A DNA stretch of 48,860 bases, from the NCBI GenBank assembly GCA_032718475.1, contig JAUCBJ010002628.1, forward strand, positions 1 through 48,860, written 5' to 3'. The number at the start of each line of letters is the position of its first letter. Position 1 is the stretch's first letter. The stretch is from Nemertoderma westbladi. Taxonomy: Eukaryota; Animalia; Xenacoelomorpha. Below, one piece after another: positions 25,001 through 37,000 of the stretch. Position numbers and translations under genes: made by a program. A model generated the notes under the pieces. It was not told the origin of the DNA. It worked only from the letters and a program-made list of their open reading frames with translations, and searched no databases.

Positions 25001-28000
25001 AGTAACATCAAACCTAAGGGTGTATTGTGCGAAGGGCCCCATCGCTTGAGTGGGTGTGAGGAATTCTTAAAGAAAGAACTAAAAGATAGACGTAGTGTAA
25101 CTTGGGATAAAAGGTTATGTTACAATTGCCTCAGGAGAGGACATCAAAGGAAAACCTGTTACTCAGATGTGAGGTGCACTAAGTGTGGAGCGAAACATCA
25201 CATCCTACTGCACACTGAGTTCGATAAGGTAAGTGAACCACAACTGCATGTGCAGTTCAGTGACGTAAACGACACAGATCTGAGTTCGGAGATGGAAGGA
25301 TGCTATACGGATGAGTTTTCTGATGAAAATGAATCCTGCTATATGATCAACACAGCCGTATATCGAGCCCTTACCGATAAGGCACCGACTGATGGAGAGG
25401 AATCCCAACTACCCATTCCGGATCAACAGCACTCATGGAAGGTTTTGCAACCATCTGTCGGCATCAGAGAGTTCCCAGTGGTGCAGCTTAGGGTACATGG
25501 ATAAAGTAAGAGCCTTATTGTTAATGCCCTCCTTGATTCAGGTAGTACAGGCACCTTCATCGATAAAGATAGTGAATCTTTCCGGGATCATACAAGTATT
25601 AGACTATAAGACTTCAAGTACTATTAGACTACAAGTACTACAGATTTCTACTTAGGATCGTTATCGACTCCCCAGGACAAATCAGGTGAGGACAGTATAA
25701 GGTCAGTTAAAATGGTGGCCATTAAGAACTTTGCTGCTAGTCAAGTAGAGCCTTATAACTGGGACGAGGACAGCTTTGCCCAGCAACATAATGTCCCCAG
25801 ATTTAGAACAGATTACCCAGGGGTACAAATATTACTCGGTCAGAACGCGGATGAAGCGCTAGAAACCATTGAGAAACGGCCTGCTAGACCGCTACCCTTA
25901 CAAACGTATGCGGGACGAACTAGAGTAGGTTGGTATTTCATGGGACCATCCAGAAGGACTTTGAAGGAAAGATTAGAAAGCGAACAAATCCATCAGGTTA
26001 GAGAGTGTGTGGAAACCGTGAAAGAAGAGGACATCATAGCTGAGGGAACTTCATGCTCCTCAGACAACGACGATATTCAGACCCTATACACTATTGATAA
26101 CACTGTTGAACTCCTCACTGAGAATCAAACTTGGGCTAATCAATCGATTTTGTGTAATCTCATATGGCAGAATAACGAACCAATAGCTTATGACGACGAC
26201 GAACTTAATGAGGTAGTAGAGCAATATAACAATAAATTACGTGATGATCACGCAGTGCGATTCTTTACCCAGGAAGCTGTAGAACCCAACTCTTACAATA
26301 AAGCGTTAGCAGTAGAGGAAGAGAGGGCTAAACAAATCCAGGTAACGACTACTCGTTAAATTAAAGAGGAGGGTTGTTACGAGATTGGTCTGCCTTTTAG
26401 GCAGAGAGAACCCAGCTTTATTAATAACCGACCTTTAGCCATCAAAAGAATCGAACAACTGCACCAGCGCTTCTCATCTAACGATTGAGCCAAAGAGATG
26501 TATAAGACGCAATTAAAGAAATTTATAGATAAAGGATACGCGGAGCGAGTTCCGGTGGAAACACCCATAACGGAGAGAACGTATTACTTAACCCATCATT
26601 ACGTTCCTAAACCCGGTAAACCAGACGAAGTCCGGGTAGTATTCGACGGCTCCGCCCTTTATAAGGGACAATCCCTAAATTCTGAACTGTTGCACGGGAC
26701 CCAACTTACTCCAATCTTTATTGGGAATATTATTACGACTCTGGCAATATTCTATCACCTTCGCCTCCGACATTGAAGGCATGTTTCTGCAAGTTAAAGC
26801 GTTACCTCGGCATCGAGATAGCCTACGATTTCTGTGGTGGCCTGAAGGAAACCTCAACCGAGAACCGGTGGAGTGCTGGATGACCATCCAGGCTTTCGGG
26901 ATCATATCTAGCCCCTCGAACGCTTGTTCGGTAGTGCGCACCACTGCCGACGATAATAGAGACGCCTTCTCTAAAGCGGTTATCGGCAACATCAAACGAG
27001 ATATTTACATGGATGACAACCTAAAGTCCCTCCCCTCGGTGGAAGAAGCAATTGAGGTTGACAAGGGAATGGTAGAGTGCTTACAACGAGGTGGATTTCG
27101 CCTAACCAAATTCACTAGTAACTCCCGTGAATTCCTGGAATCGATCCCAGTGGAAGAACGAGGTGATAAAGATCTTGACCTCATTAAGGACGATCTCCCT
27201 GAAACCAAAACCCTTGGACTGAAATGGGAAACGGAGAGAGACATTTTATTCTTCCAACTGAAACAATGCGAAAATCCCATTCGGACTAAACGGATTTGCC
27301 TGAATATTCTGAGCACTTATTTTGAACCATTGGGATTCATTAGTCCTGTAATCCTAGTCGCTCGGAGTCTGGTGCAAGAAATGTGGCTTGAAAACCACTC
27401 TTGGGATGATCCACTCCAGGGAGAACTGCTAAAGAAGTGGATGAAGTGGGAAGATTCTTTACCAGCCATTGAGAACTTTAAGATTTCCCACTCGTATTTC
27501 GGTCACGTTCTCTCCACGTATTCCTATCAACTCTATGTTTTTGGAGACGCCAACGATATCGGAATAGGTATAGTAGCCTACCTGAGGGTTGAAACTCCCG
27601 ATGGAATTAAAGTTTCATTAGCCGCCTCAAAGGCCCTAATAAACAATAAACTGCGAGTCCCCAGAGTGGAGTTAAAAGCGGCACTATACGCTACAGCCAT
27701 CAGCCGGAATGTAACTGAACAGATCGAATATCCACTAGAGAATACCATTTATTGGACTGACGCATTACTCGTTTTGGAATATATCACTAATGAAGCCTGT
27801 CAGTTCAGCGTCTTTGTTACCAACCGAGTAGCTATTATACTCAGTCGCACTAATATAGATCAATGGAGACATTGCCCCAAGACGATTAACCCCGCCGACA
27901 TTGCCTCCAGAGGAGCAACTCCTCAAGAACTGACAGATACTCCAGATTGGTTAGGTGGACCAGACTTCCTAAGTAAAGAAGAGGAGGAATGGCCCCCTCA

Positions 28001-31000
28001 TCTCACCACGGCTGAGATCAGACAAGCCAAGGGAGCGGAAAAAGTCAAACCAAAAACCTGGACGAGTAAATCCAAACTGTTTAAGCCAGCGATTGATCTG
28101 TCTGTGCTACATACTGCCGGTGATGCCACTGTGGATCCTAATCAACCAAAATCCATGGACGTTACCTGAGCCCCGAATAAATCAGTTGTTGAAATAAGGG
28201 AAAGAGATTGGAAGTCTGGAACACCAGATGTCTCAAAGGGACTGTCTCCCCTCATCCAGAGAGTGATGGCTCATTATAGCTCCTGGAATCGGCTTTACAA
28301 AGCCATTGTGTATTTAAAACGATGTTTCCATCATCATTATTCTAGGACGAAGATTGCTAATGACGCCACCCCTGAAGTAGCTGAAAGGGTCAACACTACC
28401 AAAGACCTTCCCACTTAACGGCTATCTAATAAGTTTCTAACTGATAAAATCAGCTACCAAGAACATGATGATACCAACAAGCAAATACTGAGACTCCTGC
28501 AATGTTATGAGAATTCCGAAAAGTATTTCCCGTTGTTGAGAAATCCACAGACGCGCTTAAGGGATTCTTTTTCTAGCACAATGATAGATGGGCTAATACG
28601 TGTCGGAGGGAGATTAACCAATGTTCCATTGTCCTTTGACACTAAGTTTCCCATACTAATTAGAAATCTTGAAATACAAATCAAGATGATTGTAGATGTT
28701 TACAGTAAGCTTTACCACGCTGGTAGAGAATGAGTTCTTAGCGAAATTATTTCCATAAGCCCCGTAGAGTGCTAAACCAAGTTCTTAGGAACCTATACCC
28801 TGTATGAAAGCATTTAGTAGGCCTTTAACACAGCGAGAGGCAGAATTACCTATGGAAAGTGTAAGCTGTTATGATCCACCCTTTAACAATACCGGTGTGG
28901 ATTTATTTGGCCCTATTGAAGTGTATCGCGCTAGGACTATATTCAAGCGATGGTGCGTCATCTTTGTTTGTATGACTTGTAGAGCAATCCATCTTGATAT
29001 GGTGAACGATCTATCTACCAACAGCTTCATACTGAGTTTACGCCGACAAATCGCTCGTTTTGGGACTAGCAATACTATGAGATCTGACAAAGGTACTAAT
29101 TTAACCAGAGCCAACAACGAGATCAAAGCTTACGTAAACGATTGGAACCAAAGACAGGTGGACGATCAGCTGAGAGTAACAGCATCTAGCTGGACCTTCA
29201 ACGCCGCCAACACCCCTTGGTGGGGAGGAAGTTGGGAGAGACTCATACGTAGCGTGAAGACCGCATTTCACTTTGTAGTCGCGTGCCGCGCGTATCTCAC
29301 CGACGAACTTTTGCGGACGTTGATGTAGGAAATAGCCGCCTATATCAATGAGGGACCGTTTATGTCAGTCTCATCGAGTGCAGACTCCCTAGAAGCGCTA
29401 ACACCCGCGCATTTCTTACTAAAGAAACCTGTAGCCATGCTCCCGCAGTCGGAAATAACGGACGGAACAAAATATGGCTCGTTTGGTGCAAAACATGTTT
29501 AGTATTTGTGCAAAATACCAATGGACATGGGAGTATAATTCGCAAACTTCTGTGGATCATCTTGCAGTTCATCATATAACTTTACCATAACGCAGCCACA
29601 GATCTCTTGTAATTTATTAGATGTATCCAATGCTCCCGTGGAGCGTGAAATGAGTTAAATTTGTTCCACAAACATATGCAGAAACAGTTTCAATAACTTC
29701 ATCATCACTGTGTCATCCATTGAAACAGGTAATATCTTGTATAGTTGACTGCGATTTGCTAATGACTACAGTTTGACCTGTCTGACAGGCGGCCTTGAAT
29801 CAATCTAATCTATAGAACCTACACCCATCATGCCTAACTTACCAAGCAGAATGATCTACTGTATCGATTGCCTGTTGCAGGTCTAACGACCTGCAAATAT
29901 ACTTTTTCGTATAGTAAAGTATTACTAACGGCATCCGGTTTCATCCTCAGCTTCTGAGCAATCCTCCCCAGACAGACAGTTATCCATACATTCGTCTGTA
30001 CCGTCACATAGGTGAGCGCATTGGCCTTCCTGGGAACTGCATTCGTGGTCGTAGGGCAGTTGGCATACCGGTGTCGTGGTTGGAGGTTGAGGGGTAGCTA
30101 AAGTAAACAATCAAACATCGGAATTGTTTATTAATCAATATTCAATAATCATTATCAATATTGCAGAATTTTGAGTTTTTTTTTGAGAATAAAAAGTTAA
30201 TAACAAAATTATGAATATTAATTAACTTGTTTATATTCGTCAAATTTACAATATTTTATACTAATATAATGACCTCTTTTCACATACCGTAAAATATGTG
30301 AGTTCATACCTTATTGAATACCGTGTTAAACCTAAACAAACAATAAACCCAAATCAACGATTATACAGTAATATAAAAACATCTCACTGGTTGTGGGAGG
30401 TGGTATGGTTGGCGTTGTTGTGGGTGGTGGTGTTGGAGGCGGCTGAGTTGGACAGGTTGGCTTCGGACCCGGACAATCGCAGTCTACAACACCTTCGCAA
30501 TAGGCGGACACCGTGATACAGGTACGGCAATCTATACAGTCGCAGTTGAAGGAATCCTCGTCGCAGGTCACGCAACAATCAGCCTCGTCAGACATGTCGC
30601 CGCAATCGTCGTGACCGTCGCAAACCTTAGTGGGTGGTATAGTAAACATTACAGCACTCCCGGAAAATAAAGGAGGAAACACTATAGGGAAAAATAGCAA
30701 TTAAATAAAGGGGAAAATGGAAGGACGCGGTTCAGAAAATAAAACATCAAAAAATCACAAATGAATAATAAAGGCCAAAAGAAATTAACTGGAAGGAAGA
30801 AAGTTAAAAAGTAGAAGAAGTGAGGAATTAATAATGAATATTAAAATAATAAATAATAAATATTAAAAAAATGTAAAAATAGAACGAAGAAAATAAAAAT
30901 AAAAAAAAAGAAGGAAAGGAAAAAAAAGAAACTCCGGAGAACATGAGGTCAACAAAAAGATACAACCCACTGATGATTATTTATGATGGGAAACTAAAAT

Positions 31001-34000
31001 TACGAACATTATTATTCATTGAATGTTATAGACCTATCGCAAATTGTAATATAATTATTGAACTCATCGAAGAAAAAACTTGCAAAAGATAGAAGATATG
31101 TCAATTTGCCATTAACAAGAAGTCTGTAGAATATTTTGCCAAATGGTTCCATAAGGGATGCAGGGATTCAGTTGATGGATATTTTTATTTATTAATTAGG
31201 TTTTTCTGTAATTTAAATAATAGAATATCAACTAACCTTGTCCGGATCTATGCAAACATCCTTCACGTTCTCGCAAGTAAACATAGTCGAGTTACAAACC
31301 GAAGGATCGCAGTCTGCCTCGTCGGTGACCAGTCCCGGCTCCTCGCAGTCGTCTACGCCGTCGCAGATGTCGGAGGGCGGCCGACAGCGCCCGCTCGGAC
31401 ACTGATACATTGGCGGCTTACAATCCGGACCTGCGGCAAAGCAAACATTATGTGTATGTTCTCTTTTACTGTATCTGCTGCCACAATTAATTAGAATAAC
31501 ATGGGGGTTGATAATGAAAAAACCGATCCTATTGCAGGCATCGATTCTCCTTCTTTTAACCTTCTCTTTCGCGCTTTTTCGATTAATTTCGCTTTTTCAG
31601 TTTCTTAGATGCGCATCAAATTAATTTTTTTATCGACATCAAAAACAGGCATTATGCACCACAGTGTGAAAAGTATATCGTTAGACCTAATGATTGAAAG
31701 ACGAACTAAATTTGTTTGGAGTATATAGATTTGTTTCAAATGAATTCCTACATGAGAGCCAGTATATCTCCGCGATTTATCGTGTTCGCTTATAACTCAC
31801 ATGAGATCTCATCCGTGTAATCCCAACAGTCGAATATACCATCGCATACTTGGTTAGATCCGTAGCAGGTGAATGAGTTGTCGCACACGTACTCGTCACA
31901 GGTTGGTGGAACTAAATGAATAAATAGCGGGTTACCTTAATATAGTAAACACGGAACGAAAACTCTAAACCAGTTTATAAACGAAACGAAGAAATTTCTA
32001 ATTAATACGCTCATCATTTAGATGCAAAAAACAGAAATATACGCATCAAATATTTTATTAACTAAAAATGTAAACAAACAATAATGAAAAATACAAAATA
32101 GATTATTTTCTACAATTTAAAAGATAATTTTTTGGAGTGATTGTTGTAAATGGATTATTCAACACAGAATAACAAAGAGTTGGAATATTTAGTGGTTACA
32201 AAACTTAATTCTAAACTCAATATTGTGAGAGTTAATTATTATGAGTTGTCATTTATTACAATGTTAATGATATTTATAAAGTTAGTATTATGTATACAGT
32301 TACTGTAACCCACCGCAACCCTCTTCATCAACCCCGTCGCCGCAGTCCTCGTAACCATCGCAGTAAACATCTTCTGAACACTCGGTAGGTTCGCACGTCC
32401 TCGGTGTGCACTCCATAGAGCCGGCGACGCAGACACAAATCTCGCAATCGTAGTAGAGAACGGTGCCGGCGTTGTAGCGGTGGCCTTCATACTCACAAGG
32501 ACAGCCGTCTGGGGGCTTCTCAACGCATTCCTTAGTTACAGCTGAAACATTTAGTGTTAATAATTAGTTACTAAAACAATGGGGAAATATTATGAAATCA
32601 AGAAAACTGTCCGAAATTTATTGAAGCTTATGAAATAACCTTTAAATAAATCCAAAATTGCAAAAAAACTGTTTAGAAATGGTGGAGGAGTTAATGGTTG
32701 GTTAATAGTGTCTGACGGAAGGAAGCACACTACACTAGGGCCTACAGAGCTAAAATTGAATTTAATGGGGGTTTTCGGGGTCATTGTCGGGTCATTTTCG
32801 GGGTCAGGTGATTTCATTTCTGACGTCAGTTTTAATATTTAATGACATCTAGTCTGTCCGTCTGTGGGTTGTCGGTCTGTCTTACATTTTGACAGACAGA
32901 TTGGCCTGCCTGATACCTCGATAACTCGAGAACTAAAAGAGATCTGTCTAAGTTGTTTCAGATTTGAAATCACCATTAAATTCTGCTCTAGATACAATAA
33001 AAAACAAAATTCTAAAATTTTTAACGAGGGAGATTTACTTTTTAAACATTTTTTTACCGACTTAATTAATAGTCAGTTTGATTACAGCTGAAACATTTAT
33101 ATATTGTTACAGCTGGTTCGTTTATGTGTTATTGTTAACCTTCTCGGTCTCATTTTCCCACCCTAGATACTTACGGTCCGGTACCAGAGGTTCAGGACAG
33201 TAGCACCCCTCAACGCATTGCGTCTCGCAAGCAGCGTTCGTTGCCCTCGCGTGTTCGCATGTATTAGGACAGGCTGGTCCACAGACCATATAGACCATCT
33301 CGCTGTTCTCGCACATGATTGGACAGATGTCGGGACGGCGCCAGTTGATCTGTACGCCCTGTTTTGAGCATTGGGCGGCGTAGGCAGCCATTATCTCGCA
33401 AGGACATTCGCAGTCACCGCCGCGGTTACATCTGGTTATAAAAAATAAAAATTACATTTAGAAAGAATTAGCTACAGTATAAGAGATTGATTAGTTATAA
33501 TGATAAATAGGTAAATACATACTAAATAAATAAATGTGATCAATTCAATTGTTTGAGAATATTAGGTTTAATTAATTACTGGTTACTAACCCGCACGCGT
33601 CTGACTTGCACCATTCGAAATATTTGTCCGGTTGGACCGCACTGTGACAGGGTTTAAATACCTCGCTGTTTATATAACTACATGTCTTGGAGGCCCAGGG
33701 TTCGCGTTCAGGCAGACTTTCGCACGGGTCTGCGTAGTCCGAGTCGTCGAAGGTCGGGCAGTTCTGGTTCACCTGAGAAATAATTCACGGTGTTGACATA
33801 ACATCACGGAAACCGGTTTACCATCCAATTATATTATATTACATTACTTCGAGTTATACTTATTAGTATCAATTAACTATTTAACATCCTTAATTAAGAG
33901 ACAATATCTTTAAAAATTAATTACCGCTACGCAATAATCATGGGTTAGAATAATATACAGTAAAAGAAAAGGAATCATTTCGTAAGGATTGATACGACTG

Positions 34001-37000
34001 TATATAAACACATTCATTCAAATTAAAATCTCTTTACACATCGACGCTTACCCTCCAAGATTCACCGAATTTAATAGGGTTCTTCTCAATCGCTCCGCTC
34101 ATGGCTCGGAAATCGTCCTCGGAGATGCCGTTGTAAACACCACACAATCCCTCAACGGTCTCCTTGAAGGCGGGGTCCAACTGGATATAGACAACGGTTT
34201 CTGGGAGGCAATAAACAATTATTATTATGTCCTGAAACTGATATGTTAGTAAAGATAGCAAAAAGAAGTTGAACGTGTTTAAGGAAGTTACTACAGCTCG
34301 GGTGGACATTTTTAGAAAAGAATAATTGTCGGGACAAATCAGTTAAAAGCAATATCGGATAACTGTTTTTGTCTGTCACGGAATAGCCATGTAATAGAAC
34401 TGCACTGGTCGATTTCATATATAAATCTTAGCCCAAAGGATATTATAATCTTTCACAATTATTGGTCTCTTGGTCGATACGCTGTCAAACATAATTAATC
34501 GGAAACTTAAGGTCCGATTATTTAGAGCAGCAGTAGTTCCAGTACTCCTCTATGGGAGTCCATGCTGGGCTCTAACTGCTGAGGACACCAAATCTCTGGA
34601 TGGCACATTCACAAGAATGCTACGCCGGGTTCATTGTGTCAAGTACAATGCACACATCTCCAACCAGACACTATATAACATTGGAGGTGTCTCATTGGTT
34701 CCCCCAAGCTTGACACTAGAACGAAGTACTGTACACTAGTACTGTAGTTGTGGTCTCATGTAGTGTTTTTTATATTATACTGCTTTTGTGCTATAATATC
34801 CGTTAAGTTACTGTATGGTGGTTATTTGTCTTGTCAGTCAGTGCATTGGTTATTTTCAGTATTTTGCAGTATTACAACTTAGGTTAGTACTGGGTTAGGT
34901 ATTATTATACAGTTTTGATTTTAGGTACCTTACTGTGACTATAGTTAGGCCAGTTTGCAGGACTGTGTTATTATTCCATTATTATTATTATGCGATTAGG
35001 ATTACATACATATCTCACATTCAATATATCTATCTTCTATTAGTTAGTTGTGTTTGTTATTGACAATGAATTATAATATTAATTCGAAATATATTTACGA
35101 TATCGCTGTATTGCTCCGTTTACTTATTATTATTAATTTTGCAACTATCTACACTAACTTGAAATACATTACTTCATCACTAGAACGAAGATGTTTTCTT
35201 GTTTTGGCTGTGTGGACCTGTGCACAATCTTCTGCTTTAGCAGCCCCATGGAGAAAATTAGCAAGGTGGACAGCACATGAATTTCGTGAGACGCATCTTA
35301 AAGGACACTGGCTTTGAAGATGCGGATAATTTAGTACTACTACTACAACTACAGTAGGATCGGCATGCTGTACCGGCTTGTCGACAAAATTGCGCCGCCA
35401 CAACACCCTATCACCCATGACATTTACTAGATCATCCGCATCTTCAAGGCCAGTGTCCTTTAAGATGCGTCTCAAGAAAGTCATGGGCTGTCCACCATGC
35501 TTATTCACTCCATGAGGCTGCCAAAGTACAAGATTATGCACTGGCTGGTCCTCATGGCGAAAGCAATGCCCTGCAAAGCGGAGGCGATTTTGTTCTAGTA
35601 TCAAGCTTGGGGGGAACCAATGAGACACCTCCGATGTTATATAGTGTCTGGTTGGAGATATGTGCATTGTACTTGACACAATGAACCCGGCGTAGCATTC
35701 TTGTGAATGTGCCATCCAGAGATTTGGTGTCCTCAGCAGTTCGAGCCCAGCTGTAGTGCTGCTTGTAGGTTAACAATAGTAAGTTATAACTAAGATATTC
35801 CCCTCTTAGACATACTTACTTTGGTCCCAGACGACATTCATACCAATGGTACTTTTAACAAACATATAATTCCCCGCGGTATAAACTTGTAAACCATTCT
35901 CATCGTCCACATATGGGATTCTAACTTCGTTGCCATTAATCAGCACATCCCGCTCTCTTATCAAACTAACTGTTACAGAGTTGATCTGCAAAACAAGGAA
36001 ATCATAACAAATTAGTTATTGTATTAAAATAGATGCAGCAAAAATTATTGTTTAAAGCAAATTAGAATTTACCAAAAATAGAGAAAACCAGGCAGAATAA
36101 ACTAGTATAAATATAAAATAAATATAAATAAATAAATACAATAAACCAAACTTGGTAGGTATGCAGTCCGTCAAACGTTTAAAAATAATCTGAAGTTTGG
36201 TCAAAAATCGACGAACTTTTGACGAACTGGCGTATCAGCAGTTTTTGCAAAATTATATTTCTCCCATAAATCGCGTTTAAAGAAAATTGGTTTTTCATAT
36301 TTGGCCTTTTGAATCCATACAGGCACTTGAACACTTAAAAATTGGCACAATGGGGTAATTTGAAACGCTCTATCTATCTAAAATTATTATAATCACGAAT
36401 ATTTTTGTTATTACGTCATATTGGTTATACGCCAGTTCGTCAAAATATTAATGAAAAGTTTTCTAGTAAACACCAGTTCGTCAAAGTACAGTTTTATTGT
36501 TTCACTCTGATGCGATATTTATTTCAATATAAACGAAAATTTTAAAATCGTATTTCGAAAGAAATAATCCCCTTGAATTACAATATTGATTCAATTTTCG
36601 TAACTTTTGGTATTGATAAAATTTGGATATTATTAGTATTACTCTTTTATTCAACAAAGCTCATTCATTATAGAACAACGGTTATTACGGTTGCTAAAAT
36701 TTTATAGTATATTTTAAAGTTTACAATGTCCTGTCCCTAGAGGTGACAAGGTTGCTCCTTCTTGGTCTGGTCGCTAAGCTTCAAGCTTTATTGGTGAGCA
36801 AGCTGACGGTAGAATGAGTCATAAGGCGGACGAATGACTGGTTTGTTGCCTTCGCATAACTTCATGAGATCGTCAAAATGTACCTCTTGCGAGCCTCGGA
36901 CCACCACCGCCCCCAGAGGCTTGCACGGGGAATACAATATCGCTGTTCCTCTTAGTTGGCAGTGTTATGGAATCAAATGTTTCCTGGCTATGGGAGTATT

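Noticed and set aside
22725-29900. Intact or active BEL element with paired LTRs
   Set aside because: No direct repeat pair or TSD found; many stops and frameshifts; integrase truncated
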